Shown: positions 1-11,937 of the stretch, piece by piece
How positions within the stretch are numbered: position 1 is the first letter of the stretch
How the letters are laid out: the number at the start of each line of letters is the position of its first letter
Source of the DNA: Mnemiopsis leidyi
Lineage: Eukaryota
Direction: 5' to 3'
Assembly (NCBI GenBank): GCA_048537945.1
Contig: CM108483.1
Span: 9,850,715 to 9,914,714 of the forward strand
Length of the DNA stretch: 64,000 nucleotides
Translations under genes and position numbers: made by a program
The notes under the pieces: model-generated
The model's database searches: none
What the model was told of the DNA's origin: nothing
Seen by the model: only the letters and a program-made list of their open reading frames with translations

Positions 1-71
1 CCGTTTATCCATGGAATGATATAAAGTAAGTAAATGTATAAATGATATAGTAAGTTAACTTAACTACCTCA

Positions 72-197
72 GGTACAACCTGGACCCGTCAGAAACAGTT
101 AATGATGACGAGGTGTGGAGTGCATTAGAGCGGGTCAACATGAAACAGCCCATTAAGGACATGGACAAAGGCCTGGAAACCTTGATTGAGGGAGCAG
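72..197 (+). CDS. ABCC/MRP-family ABC transporter, NBD2 exon (…YNLDPSETVNDDEVWSALERVNMKQPIKDMDKGLETLIEGAG)
   Basis: Acceptor cctcag at 66-71 and donor gtattg at 198. The translation matches the MRP C-terminal nucleotide-binding domain upstream of the ABC signature. Confidence 0.75.
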
Positions 198-273
198 GTA
201 TTGTTCAGCTCATATCACATGCTTGCTTGATTCGCTGATCGTTGTCTGAAACTTTTTTCATTTCGTATTATGA

Positions 274-507
<234 letters not shown>

Positions 508-650
508 TAAATATTTCGATTAAATGTTTAAAGATTCTTGGTTGTAATTTTATACAGTTTGTTATTAATTACCCTAATTCCCGTGAGCTATAAGATACTG
601 TTATCTATAGTAATAACCCTGCACTCTGTTTAATGATGCTCTTTATGCAG

Positions 651-836
651 GTTTTGCGATCAGAGTTTGTTGGCCGGACAATGTTAGTTATCGCCCATCG
701 TATCAGTTCTATAGCAGATTCAGATCTAATTCTCGTAATGGACAAAGGGAAGGTAGCCGAGTTTGATTCTCCTTCCACCCTCTCAAAGGATCATAGCTCG
801 ATATTCAGCGGACTACTGACAAGCAACGTTTTGTAG
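651..836 (+). CDS. ABCC transporter terminal exon (H-loop …MLVIAHRISSIADSDLILVMDKGKVAEFDSP…; stop TAG 834-836)
   Basis: Acceptor tatgcag ending at 650. The ORF at 633..836 has an IAHR H-loop and an MRP-type C-terminus. Confidence 0.8.
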   Translation, partial: VLRSEFVGRTMLVIAHRISSIADSDLILVMDKGKVAEFDSPSTLSKDHSSIFSGLLTSNVL

Positions 837-1921
837 TAGAGTAGTCCCATATTTTATAGAATTAGTGTTATCAGACGATGTAACTCAGATAGTAGCTGCA
901 CATGTTCAACAATTTTTAACTAGTATTGTTTATAGCGTATATTTTATATTATTATAAAACATAGGTTCAGTTTAAAGCGACATGTTGCATGCCTTTTGGT
1001 TGTATTAAACATTTTCGTTGGGACATGTTCGTCTGACATATGTACATTGTTAGTTATTACCCGTGGCATATTACTATCAGTCGAAGTCAGACGACAACTG
1101 TGAAAACATTCACAGCCCCGTTTAATATCAAGCATTTATTTGTTTTGATGTTGTTGTTTAATGTATGAAATTGTGTAATTTGAAGGGTTTTTAGGATTAT
1201 TTTATGTTTTATTTGGAACAATTTGCTGCTAACTTTGGCTTCCCAGAGCAAATACTTACTAGCCTTAAAATTTTAATTCAGATTTCATTTACCTATTTAT
1301 CCTTAAGGTATGATGTCTGTACAGATTTGCTGCATTAGTCGTTCGCGTTGGAACGTGATAAGGCAGACTTAGATTGGTTTTTACAACTGAAATTAGATTT
1401 TACAATTTGTTTGTTGATTATCACGTAGATCAGATTTGATTTATTAATTTATGTTCGTTAAGTGTCATGACCACTAAATTTTAGTTTACTCAATCGTGTA
1501 AATGCTCTTTCATTTTTTAGCTACAGATGAGTGACAGCAGAAAAACTAGTGGATAAGTAGAAACTTTAAGATTTAAATAGTTTTCACAGATCCCAATCAA
1601 TCACGAGTGCGGTTTTGAACCTGAATACTTAAAAAAATAAGATCCAAAATAAATAGTCAAAACCAAATCATCAATGATATATTAAAGGAGAAGCAACCAA
1701 CAACTTTATAGCATCCGGAAAAGTAACTGAATCAAGGCCATAAAAGAGCTCATCTTGAAATTAATGCGGAGGAATTTCAAGGGTTATTAGCGGCTTCTGT
1801 AACTTCAAATCATTCCATCACAAATTGGTTAACGGCAAGAATCTACCCCGGGCTTTTCACTCCCAAGAGAAAATCACAAAATTTCGCTCTACAAAAGATC
1901 CCTAAGATAATCTAAAGTTCA

Positions 1922-2071
1922 TCACATGAAGTCGTCAAAGTCATCATAATCGTCGTAGTTACCTGCCATACTTTTGTACTCGTTCATCAAAAAGTCTGAA
2001 CGGGTGTCATTTTGTTTTTTCTGCACATTAAGGGACGATTTCTTTGAAGCTTGTTGAGCCTTCTTTTTCGC
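1922..2071 (-). CDS. EIF3J: eIF3j terminal exon (AKKKAQQASKKSSLNVQKKQNDTRSDFLMNEYKSMAGNYDDYDDFDDFM*)
   Basis: Acceptor ttttcag at 2072-2078 on the - strand. The acidic aromatic C-terminus DYDDFDDFM is typical of eIF3j. Confidence 0.75.
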   Translation of the reverse strand, partial: AKKKAQQASKKSSLNVQKKQNDTRSDFLMNEYKSMAGNYDDYDDFDDFM

Positions 2072-5000
2072 CTGAAAAGCATAATTGTAAAAATTCCTCA
2101 AAATGCAGTTCATGTCTATCCTCACTGGAATTGTCTTAAACAAGGAAAGCTTCATGTTAAGCAATGAAAGGCAAAACCTCTTAAAGAATGAGATGGCATT
2201 TAAATTTTCAGTTTCATGAACGTAAACGTATTAATAATTCGACTTACCTCTTTTTCCTGCCGCGATTTTTCATGCGTAAGATTCATAAGTGGATTTGAAA
2301 CCTTTTTAATTTCGTCACTGTTCACTGAAACGAAATTTGTATTGGATCTAAGTTCAACTAAAGTCTTGATAGAAAGGTTAAATTCGAGCAACTCTTTAAC
2401 TGCAAGTGCCTGCTGAAATTTGTATAAGGTCGAATGAGTAATGACCATGAAATGCCTGCAAGCTCTAGATTGCTAGATACCTTAGAAGACATATTTAAAA
2501 CGCTCGAAATGCGACGGTTTTTCAAAGAATTCGCCATATTTCGGACGACCAAAATTTCGGTTGTTAGAGTAAAATCCGTCGAATTATTTTTGACATGTTT
2601 GTATTAGCTGTGACTTCTTTAATTCATCATCTCCTCGATAAGTTATTGATATGAATCTGCCATAATTTTGCCCGATCATTTTTTCCGGTCGTCGGAGTTT
2701 GGTTCGATGTAGCACGGCCGCTCAGCATGGCATGTGACCGGCCAATGTAACCGAGTACGCGCGCGCGGGAAATGACGCGCAAACCAAATGTCGACAGTAG
2801 TAAAAAAATACTTCCATTTTGACGAATTTGCTAGTAATAACGAGGCCCATTTCTGTTGAGCAACAGTCCTACGTCATACGATATAAATTCCATGACAGTG
2901 AAACTTCAGTCTAACACCTTCAGGAGCTAAAATCCTTCAAAAACTAACCGCGAAAAGATCGACATGATAAAGCAATCACATTCTTACTCACTTTCCGAAC
3001 ACAGCTCCGGAATTAAATCTCTGATGAAGCTGGTATAACCCTCGTCAGTCTGTGAAACAGAGGCTAGTCAAACGACGGAAACAGCAGAAGTCAATTTGAA
3101 AGACAAATGAATCAGCAACTTTACACAGAAATCGGTAGGAAACATGAAAAGTTCAATACCTGATAATTCTTTAACTTCTTGATAATTCTTCTGGAAAGTT
3201 CTGCGAAGTCTTCAGGGTCAACTGGAACATATGTGTCAATTGAATCAGGATTGTTAAGGGACAGAACTGCGGTTGAGGTGACTAAGGACGCTACTTTGCT
3301 TTCGCCCGGTCGATCGTCCTCAAATCCAAACAAATCGTTCGCTGCCGCTTCTGAAGCCCTCAGTTGAGCTCTGAAATACAGTGTTTGTCTTATGAATAAG
3401 GAAATCGTGGGCGGGAAAGACGAAAGTGTGTAATATGAAAGGTCTTTCGGTAAAAGGGTGTGTGGCCTTAATGACATATAACGTGACAGTGTTTGCAAGA
3501 TCTAACCGCTTCATTCATTGTTAACTTTCGTTACCTTAATTGTCGGTTTTACTGTTGAGATGCAGCTTGATTGGTTATAATACGATCTATCACGTGTTAC
3601 ATTAAGTGCAAAGGCGGTGCAATTTAGAATAAGACGTGCTATTACGTAAACGAAAGAACGAGAAAGCTATAGAATAAGTCTACAGTCATAAATCATAGCT
3701 TACAATTATTCTATAATGATGAAACGAAATATGGAGATTTTCAGAAATCCCCGAAGTTCTTACCACGAATTAAATTGTTGCATTTTCACCCTAAATTATT
3801 TCAGACAAATCAAAAGTAGTCTTAACAAAATTTAGCAAATCATAAAAAATTAAACTAATTAAAACATTCTCTTCATTATCTTCATTCTCTTCATTATCAT
3901 CGTCTTCATCGTCGTTTAAAACTACCTTTGCATAATGCATTTCATCGTCGATATTTTGGTAAATGTAAAATTGTAGGTTTCTGAGATAATCTTTGATCAG
4001 ACACACTTTTTTGACGTGAACAACCAGTAAATTCTACTCATTTATCATTCCGAAAAACTTTTTATACACCTTTCTTGTCTAACAGACCATTAAAAACAAC
4101 TTATCTGATAATTCACCTCAATTTAACCGTATTTTAGGCCAATTAAAAAGTTATTTGTGTAATTTTGATGTGGCGGCTGAAGTGGTACGGAAATATGAGA
4201 TTTTTTTTCCAAAACTCCCCGAATTTGGTTCCATGAATTGGTAGGTATGTTATTTTCTAGTGAGTTTAACAGGCGAGTCAGCCTCTCAAAATTAATATCG
4301 GGCAGTACTGAGTACTTGGAAAACTAAAATCGGTATCTTAAAATCAGAAACTTCATTTCGTTACCTCTCCTGCTCTTCTTTAGATAAAGGTTTGGCGTTC
4401 ATTAACGCTTGAATTTGTTCCTGTTTCGCCTTTTCAGCAGCTCTTTTAGCTAACTTCTCCTCTCGTTCCTTCCTCTCTGTAAAATAAGTTATGTGTTAAC
4501 TTTACCCTTGAGACAAACTGTGCCAACGAGTTCTGAACAATCCGCATCAAGTTGGTGTTTGAAATGTGTCGAGAAATAACCGTGTAGATCTAAATTTGTT
4601 GCAATTTGTGGCCCTGATGTAGATATAGTGCTAATGCTGTATTGGCCAGACCCGATGCGATGTTCTTGGCCGTTGGGGGTACTATTCTAGGTGGCCTAGT
4701 ACGTCCGCCCATGTACCCTCGCTCCGGTTCAAAAAGGGTGCCCAGTGGTCACTTTTTTGCGTGATTAAAATGCCTGTAAAATATCAATTCCAGCGATTCG
4801 GATGTGTAACGTTAGGTTCAGTGCCTTACTGTCTAACAACTATGTCAGCTCAATAACAACTATGTATGACCCGATGTGTAGTGTGAGTAGCTTACGTTGC
4901 ATTCTCCCGTTTATCTAGTGTTAAGTTAAGCAGTGCACCCTGCACCTACACTTAAGCTATAACCAAGTGTATATACAGTGCGAGTACACGATGAGATCAA

Positions 5001-5807
5001 CTGAAGTGGAAATTGACAAACATATCGATGTTAATCTGCTTTATGTCAGTCTAACGATATCAAACAGGAGGAGCCTGTTAAACCTACTTCGTTCTTCCTC
5101 TGCTTCTTTTTCCCGCTTTCTCTTCTCTTCTTCTTCCTCTTCGTCCAAAACATCTTCCCAGTTATCCTGAAGGTATTACAATTACTACCTCGTTAGTGTT
5201 TAACACTTTCCGATCATGTATCGAACCTGGAACAAGAATTGAGACTGCTTGAATATGTCAGCAGTCAGTGCTATTCCAGCAGCAATTTAACTTTATAATA
5301 AAATAAGGTGGAAGTTGCTTAGCATACACGATAATAGCTATAGCGGCGTATCGTTACTGTGTACAAGCCAATGCACTCACATACTGGATCGTTTATACAT
5401 GATAACTTTGATAAAGGAGCACACGCACATGTACGCACACACAAACACACGTTATGTCCACATGGCAGAGAGCTAGCGAATTCATTTTCCAACCACCCCC
5501 TTTATCGTGAAGAGAAAATCATACTACAATGCTTGGTTGACAAGAGACCGCTGCTCAATCGAACTGCGGGAAAAATAACCTACCATTACGTCATCGTCTT
5601 CTTCTTCAAAGTCGTTGACATTCACAAAGTTACCCCTGAAGTCGTCGTCGTCTGCAAAGAGATCTATTTGAAATAGCCAAAAACCCGCGGTTTTCACATC
5701 ACGTAATTTAAAGTTTCTCTCAGCTTACATTTTAAACAGAAAGCTCAATAGTAATTAAGGACCAATAAAACTGGCAAAGGAGATGACTTACCGAAAGCAG
5801 ATGTCAT
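1922..5807 (-). CDS. EIF3J: Eukaryotic translation initiation factor 3 subunit J (eIF3j) gene span. Proposed CDS exons: 5792-5807, 5585-5672, ~5087-5166, 4365-4476, 3167-3370, 2256-2412, 1922-2071.
   Basis: The N-terminus is acidic with Trp residues (DLFADDDDF…DNWEDVLDEEEEEEKRKREKEAEEER). The middle (AQLRASEAAANDLFGFEDD…DPEDFAELSRRIIKKLKNYQ) is similar to human eIF3j (LTPEEQLADKLRLKK…DDFTEFGKLLKDKITQYEK). The C-terminus (…AKKKAQQASKK…MAGNYDDYDDFDDFM*) matches the eIF3j end (…DGGYVQDYEDFM). Splice junctions are phase-consistent: MTSAF-G|gtaagt, then atag|AT giving GAT. Confidence 0.7.
2256..2412 (-). CDS. EIF3J: eIF3j exon (QALAVKELLEFNLSIKTLVELRSNTNFVSVNSDEIKKVSNPLMNLTHEKSRQEKE)
   Basis: Acceptor caaatttcag and donor gag|gtaagt. 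Confidence 0.65.
2690..2800. promoter_or_regulatory. Short CpG-rich block (gcgcgcgcgggaaatgacgcgc, ggccaatg CCAAT box) lying inside the eIF3j gene
   Basis: Local CpG density in otherwise AT-rich DNA, plus CCAAT and CGCGCG motifs. It could be an internal or bidirectional promoter or an enhancer. Confidence 0.25.
3167..3370 (-). CDS. EIF3J: eIF3j exon (AQLRASEAAANDLFGFEDDRPGESKVASLVTSTAVLSLNNPDSIDTYVPVDPEDFAELSRRIIKKLKNYQ)
   Basis: Acceptor tatttcag and donor cag|gtattg. This is the region conserved with human eIF3j. Confidence 0.7.
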
Positions 5808-6124
5808 GATGATACAGCCTTGACCTGCTGTCCTAGAGTGATAAAATTTATCTTATCTTTTAAATGCATAATCCCGTTGTTTAAGTGTTTTAAAGTAAGG
5901 CAAAGTGTTTTGAGTTATTAAAAAAGCAAATTTTCTGTTCGTTAAAAAATCAAATTTTCTGTGGTCAAATTGCGAGATCCGAGAGTGTCAAATATAGGTC
6001 CTTATTATATAATTGATAAAATTGGAAAATAATTGAGTAATGTGTCATAACAAATTTCAAATATAATTCAACTATCCTTTCAATTATAAATAAAATTATA
6101 TCATTTACAATAGTTAAAAAGCTG

Positions 6125-6465
6125 GTACAGTCATCCCCCGATTTACCGGGCTTTTTGGGGGAAAGCAAAAATGCACGGTAAATCAGGGGACCGGGTAAAT
6201 TGGGGGAGTGCCATTTAGGGCCCGAAATCGGGTCTAAATTGTCTCTAAAGTCTATATACCGTCTTATGTGTCTATGTACCGTCTTTTTGTCATTGGAACA
6301 ATGTTAAATAAGTAAAAAGTGTTAGTCCGACTGTATTACATAGTTTTGACAACAAAATTTACCAGTTGCCTTGGAAATAAAATAAATTTCGGGGGAAAGG
6401 AATGAGACCCGGTAAATAGGGGGACACGGTAAATCGGGGCCCGGTAAATCGGGGGATGACTGTAA
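6125..6465. mobile_element. MITE-like element (~340 bp) with ~24-bp terminal inverted repeats (cagtcatcccccgatttaccgggc … gcccggtaaatcgggggatgactg) and internal ccggtaaat repeats
   Basis: A perfect inverted repeat sits at 6127-6150 and 6440-6462. There is no coding capacity. Confidence 0.6.
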
Positions 6466-6673
6466 TACATTATAACTTAAAGCAAACTTCAAACATAGTA
6501 AATCTGCATTCTAGCTTTCGATGCAAAGATGACAACATTTAACAAAGAGGGAAATGGGAGATCGACAAAATAAGACGATGAAGTGCATTTGATCTGTCAG
6601 GAAATTATTATTGAAGAAATACCCAACAAATATTAAGAGTAAGAACATGTTGTACGAAAATGGTGTAGATTGT

Positions 6674-7528
6674 TCACTTCTCCACTTTCTTAAAAAATGA
6701 AGACATCGACTTCATGCCTTTTGTGTTAACACTGGCCAACTGCTTTTGTCCTTTAGTAAGTTTTTGGGCCTTCTCCTTCCCTTTTGGCATCGAACTTTTG
6801 GCAGGTTTACAAGCATCTTGATCCACCCTATGATTTAGTTTAGGTTTCTTGGCAGGCTTTTCTTCATCACAGTCTACACTAAGCTTAACTCCCAGTTTTT
6901 CCTGTAAATCCACTGATAAAGAACGACTGATGTAGTCTGAAACAATTCCACAAGCATATTTTTTGTATTCTTTATCAGATAACGTAGAATTGAATCCTGG
7001 TGATACACCACATTTTTTCATAGCTGCAGCCACTTTATCTACTTTTTCAGATAACCAATTCAAAGTTTTTTCTTTGTTAAATTTTATAATTTTATCGAGC
7101 GAAGGTTTCACATTTGCCACACATGAAAGGTCTGATTCAGACAAAAGATCTTCCAAAATTATAACTGATGGATATTTTTCATCTACAAGAATTTGAGCTA
7201 AAGGCGAATATCTGTCTACATTTCTAAGGAGATAAGGAATTATCATGAAGATAGGGTCTAAAGGAGTGCCAACTTTGAGTTGAGTATCTCCAAGAACATT
7301 GTCATCAACAAACCATGAAATATACTTTTCTTTAACAGATAACAGTTCAAATAACGATTTAGTTTCAGTGCTGAAATAAGCAATGCATGTTTGGTTTTCT
7401 TTTGGGTGCATCAACTTAAGAATTTGTCCTTCTGATTTGGAACACTCATCTGGAAAGATGCAAACTGCACTATTAGACTCAAATGCTGTTCCCATTCTCC
7501 AATCCTGAAAATATAATAACATTTGCAT
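6674..7528 (-). CDS. RNASEH2B: Ribonuclease H2 subunit B, apparently a single coding exon (an ATG at 7495 is also possible after the acceptor ttttcag)
   Basis: The 284-aa ORF aligns along its length with human RNASEH2B: [10 protein letters not shown] vs [24 protein letters not shown] vs [33 protein letters not shown] vs [33 protein letters not shown] vs YIRYAHGLISDYI, and GMKSMSSFF vs GMKSIDTFF. Confidence 0.85.
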   Translation of the reverse strand: [284 protein letters not shown]

Positions 7529-8989
7529 AAAATCACGTTGAATTCACTGTCACACAGCACATTTGGCACCAGAATTTATTTTTTACACTAACAGCAATAC
7601 TTTCAATTGCGTGTCAAGTTATAGGGGAGTTGATTTCACTTGTAAGAACTTCACTGTAATAAGCTCATACAAGGGAAATGAGAAAAAAAGGTAATTGATC
7701 CAATGAGCGGTTCCGAAAGTTTATACCCAAACGGAGATATTAATTTTTGTAAGACCACAAAAGTCAAGTTAAGAGTCTGCTGATTAAAGATTAATAGTCC
7801 TTCTTGTGGCTCTGCAGTACTACAATCCTGTAAAACTTATAGTATTGGGTAGAATCTATCTTATCAAATATTGATAGCATGTGCAAGTGGGCAAGTTTAA
7901 AGATCTGCCAAAATAGTCATTTAATTCAGTCGGTTTTGAAATACCAATAATTGTGAACAACGTAGGACGTTTGAATCGGATCGATTGCCCCCGGCATTTA
8001 AAAAGTGTCTAAATAGCGCAATGGGTCCTTGGGCGCACAATAGGTACTGTAAAACATCCTATGTTGTTCACAGTACGACAATTGACGACGGGCAGAGACA
8101 AATATAAACGAAATGATTTCATTAATATTGTACTGTCAACGTAATGTAAAAGTTGCCCTTAAGATTGGACTGCACAGAACCCCTTAGCTTTCATTCCTTG
8201 TACAGCAAGGATTTCCACTAAGTTTGCCAGGCTAGTACAGAAATACTTAATTTACTATGCATCATCTTATCACATTTCCTTGTATTTCAAATTTTATGAC
8301 ACAGTACTCTTCAATCGATAGTCAGAATACAATTAGATAGCAGCACGACGGATATGAATTTGACTTATGAGCTTCAACAAGAGAAGAGTCTTACACAGCC
8401 AACAAAAGGGATGAAATAGTAAAACTTCAGCATAAGCATCCATGCCAGAACATCTTTCAACATACCCAAACTAACTATGAGGTAAGTTGCCACTTCACTA
8501 GCGCGATATACCAACTTTGGAAAGATATTAAGGATCTAGCGCTCTATTTTATCAACGTTATTTCATTCCCTAAATCGTAGCGCGCGCTTTCGAATATCAT
8601 ATAGCATAACCAGTTGCTTACGCCGCGTGCGTCGGCTACTACAAAAGGGCTCTGGTTAGAGCAACATGTAGTAATAATTTAATTTTGTCTGGCCTGTTGC
8701 TAACTCCGACAACATGGCATTTGTAAAAGTACAAAATATACGCGCCACAATGCAACTTGTTGACAAAATTACATCCATCTGCCATGATGCCATTTTAACG
8801 AAACATTCAGTGCACAGTTTTGAGTTGCAAGGGTCTAAATTTAATATCATAGAGGGTCGGACGAAGTCAGACAACAGCTGCGACAAACAACTTGTAGGTT
8901 GATAACCTATGACCTACTGTCGCGGCCATCACGCGCTGTCACGCATTTCTAAACGCGCATCGCCCGTTGACAAACAACTTGACGAGATT

Positions 8990-9065
8990 ATATCCGTCTA
9001 ACGTTCTAACGAAACGATCTCGTTCAGCTTTAGCTTTAGCTTTAGCTGCTTTAGCTTCAGCTTTA
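8990..9065. repeat. (AGCTTT)n-like hexanucleotide microsatellite
   Basis: agctttagctttagctttagctgctttagcttcagctttagctg. Confidence 0.8.
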
Positions 9066-9195
9066 GCTGCGTGAGTCGGGTATCACCGCGACAACAAACA
9101 ACTTAATGCAAATGATTTCAAATTCGTGTACGCATATGCATATATGGTATTTAATCTTTTGTCGAGGTGATACCCGACTCATGCAGCTAAAGCTG
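9060..9195. repeat. Inverted repeat (cgtgagtcgggtatcaccgcgac … gtcgaggtgatacccgactcatgcag) forming a ~130-bp hairpin, followed by direct repeats of ttgccttgcgttgcggc…caggtcaggcaacgtctgacaa at 9200-9275 and 9420-9462
   Basis: Seen directly in the sequence. The gttgcggcccatt core recurs at 51770-51795, so this is a dispersed repeat family. Confidence 0.55.
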
Positions 9196-10363
9196 AACTT
9201 GCCTTGCGTTGCGGCCCATTTTCAATTTTCGCGGCAGCAGGTCAGGCAACGTCTGACAAAGCTGAACGTTTCGTTTAAAACGCGAACGGATACAGGATAT
9301 AATCTCGTCAATTCATCTTCAATCTAGATCTTATCTAAAATTTTGATTCTTGATTTCAATGAAATTTTTTATGCCATGCCTAATGCCATAAGCCAAGTTA
9401 AGTGCCAATTGCATAATTTTTTGCCTTGCGTTGCGGCAACAGGTCAGGCAACGTCTGACAAGTAAATCGCATACGTGATATGAGTCGCGATATGCGACAG
9501 CTATTGTGTGTGCGCGCGCATTTATTATCACGATTGCCCAGTCTTCAGTTCGTCCCTCCGCAAGACAATTTGGCTTAAGACCGCGAGGGGCTCCTTCGGT
9601 AGGGCACAGAAACCAATTAATGCCTCTAGTCAAGTTTCTGATCCTGAAGTGAATTTGTCCCCAATCCTGTTCCTGCTCAACTGTGATGTTTTTCACTTGT
9701 TGCAACCGCTTCATTCGTCATTTCTTATTTTTTCCAGTATCTCCAAATCCACGCGTTTAATGTCCATATAACCTCCTTAGTTCTTACCTAGTTACTAGTA
9801 CTCTTAAATGGAAAGAGTAACTACTGACTACTAGAACTAGTTCAATTAAAATCAATTGATCAATTGTAATCTTACTCTGCAGTTTCTTATTACTTTTAAT
9901 TAGTTCGCAGTTTACACTGATTATCTTGGTAAGAACCATTTTACTTTGCTATGTCGCGTTGAAAGGGGACAAACTTTACATCATGATTTTGTTTTGTATC
10001 AATTTTAAGTTACTGGTGACCCCTTTCCATGTGCTTTTCAGCCTTTAGTTTGATGGAATTCAACTTTCAATCGTATAGTATAATTCTACCATAGTAATCA
10101 TAGCACATGCTCAGTCCGTTCATAACTACTATCTTTTTCAATTTTATTTCATGAGGCATTTCACATCGTTTTCACAGTTATATAAGTATTTTCTCTTCTG
10201 ACTTTATATTTTGATTATCATATCATGCATTGTAGTGTAAAATTTGAAATCGGCTCATGTATCATTTTATAGACTTCGACCTGATAAAAATACACACTTT
10301 AAGTTTGGTATCAAAAACACTCTCAGACACGTAATTAAATTATTTCTTGACCGCAGCTACGAA

Positions 10364-10639
10364 TATGTTTTCGATGCCATACGGCAGTACGAGTCAACCA
10401 GGTGACATGTTTAGCGACCAGTCCGCTCTTCAAGAACTGCTTAACTTTCAGAAATCTCTCGACCGATCTAACTTTGATTTGCCCGACCTGCGAAAACTCA
10501 GTTTGAGCGAACCAAACGGTTCCGTTGATGGATTCTCTGGTTTCATGCAGGATGCAGCCAAGTCTAGCAGAGACACGGAGTCAATTCAAGTTCGTGTTCC
10601 CACATCCGAGCATGTCGCCGAGATCGTCGGGAAACAAGG
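10364..10639 (+). CDS. MEX3: MEX3-like KH-domain RNA-binding protein, exon 1 (MFSMPYGSTSQ…IQVRVPTSEHVAEIVGKQ-G)
   Basis: The ORF at 10347..10646 has donor caag|gtacat. VPTSEHVAEIVGKQGCKIK matches MEX3 KH1 (VPSSEHVAEIVGRQGCKIK). Confidence 0.8.
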
Positions 10640-10888
10640 TACATAAATTGTAATTTGTAAATTGTAAAGTGAATTAATGCATCCAGGTACAGGTCTGTTA
10701 GGTGCTTTAAGTGTTGCCTTAAAATCAAGTTTCATTCAATGCTTTATTTAGAACTTATGTTTGTGCTTCGCAAATTTAGCATAATGTAATTTTCGCAACT
10801 TGTTTAGTATATCGTAAACGGTTTAGCTAGTCAATTTTTACAGAAAAACCATAGTTATTCTCTTGTAAAAACAGTTTCGAATTTTCAG

Positions 10889-10970
10889 GATGCAAGATTA
10901 AATCGCTGAGATACTCAACCAAGACGTACATTCAAACCCCTGCTAGAGATCAAGAACCTGGTAAGTCTCA
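10889..10970 (+). CDS. MEX3: MEX3-like exon 2 (…CKIKSLRYSTKTYIQTPARDQEP-)
   Basis: Acceptor ttttcag and donor ctg|gtaagt. The phase-1 junctions join as …GKQG/CKIK… and …EPV/FTISG…. Confidence 0.75.
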
Positions 10971-11155
10971 ATCTTTTATAAGAATCTCATTAAATCTAGC
11001 AATCTTATCATGTGATAGCTTTCTGGTGTAGCTTGTGTTGATGCCATTTTTATCGTGTTTTAGGTCTTTATTTTCAGTGCAAGCGAAAACCTACAAATAT
11101 CAGACTTCTCCATTGTTTCAACCTTACCGTGTAATTGAATCAATATTTTTTTCAG

Positions 11156-11937
11156 TATTCACCATTTCTGGGTACCCCGAAGACGTCGAACGAGCAAAGA
11201 GAAGAATTGAGGAAGCCGCCGAGCATTTCACCAAGATTCGCCAGGGCCGAGAAAACAACAGTCCCATTACCCCGCAACTCGGACCGAATGCTGTTGTTCG
11301 GCATGTGAGGGTCCCTCTAAAGTACGTCGGCCTCGTTGTCGGACCTAAAGGGCACAACATAAAACGGATTCAAAGCGAAACAGACACGTACATCATGACT
11401 CCTGCTCGTGATAAGGAACCCATCTTTGAGATCCGAGGAGCCCCTGAAAAAGTTGCCGAAGCTGAGAATAAGCTGCAGATTTACATCGCCATGCGAACCG
11501 GAGGAATGTTCGACGATTCGGACCACTTGATCGATGTCGACCTGAAGAAGCCGATGATGCCACCTAAAGCTTTGGACACGTTTGCTTCCATGCAGTCATC
11601 TTTTGGAAGTAGCAAAACCTGGGGAAAGCCTGAGCCCAGTCTCTACAACAATTTCGGAAATTATAACGCTTCTCCGGAGCCTGCTACTCAGCATACCTCC
11701 TGCTTGTTTGACCCGTCAAGAATAGACTTGGATAGCGGATACAGCTCCCCAAACTTTGATAACAGGAAAGATATCCAAGCTTTGAAGATGTTCATCGATA
11801 CAATTCAGCAGTCGATGAATATACAAAACAACAACCTCAACCAACACGGATCGAACTTCCAATCTACTGCAGCTCCCAATCAGCAGCAGCAGGGACAATA
11901 CTTCCCCAACAGATGGTCCCATTCTGGAGTCTTTTAA
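11156..11937 (+). CDS. MEX3: MEX3-like exon 3: end of KH1 (GYPEDVERAKRRIEEAAEHF), KH2 (VRVPLKYVGLVVGPKGHNIKRIQSETDTYIMTPARDKEPIFEIRGAPEKVAEAENKLQIYIAMRTG) and a Q/N-rich tail; stop at 11935-11937
   Basis: The ORF at 11035..11937 has acceptor ttttttcag ending at 11155. It is strongly similar to the human MEX3B KH2 domain. No C-terminal RING finger is encoded before the stop. Confidence 0.85.

Noticed and set aside
2537-2552. Apparent start codon MANSLKNRRISSVLNMSSK (ORF 2358..2552, -), considered as a possible eIF3j exon or start
   Set aside because: Exon 3167-3370 (…KKLKNYQ|gt) joins directly and in phase to 2412 (cag|QALAVKELLEF…), reproducing the human eIF3j order. The 2537 segment lies in the intron.
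9331-9771. ORFs at 9331..9714 (-) and 9508..9771 (+)
   Set aside because: They lie in repeat-rich inverted or direct repeat DNA. There are no splice signals or homology, and the codon usage is unlike that of the neighbouring genes.
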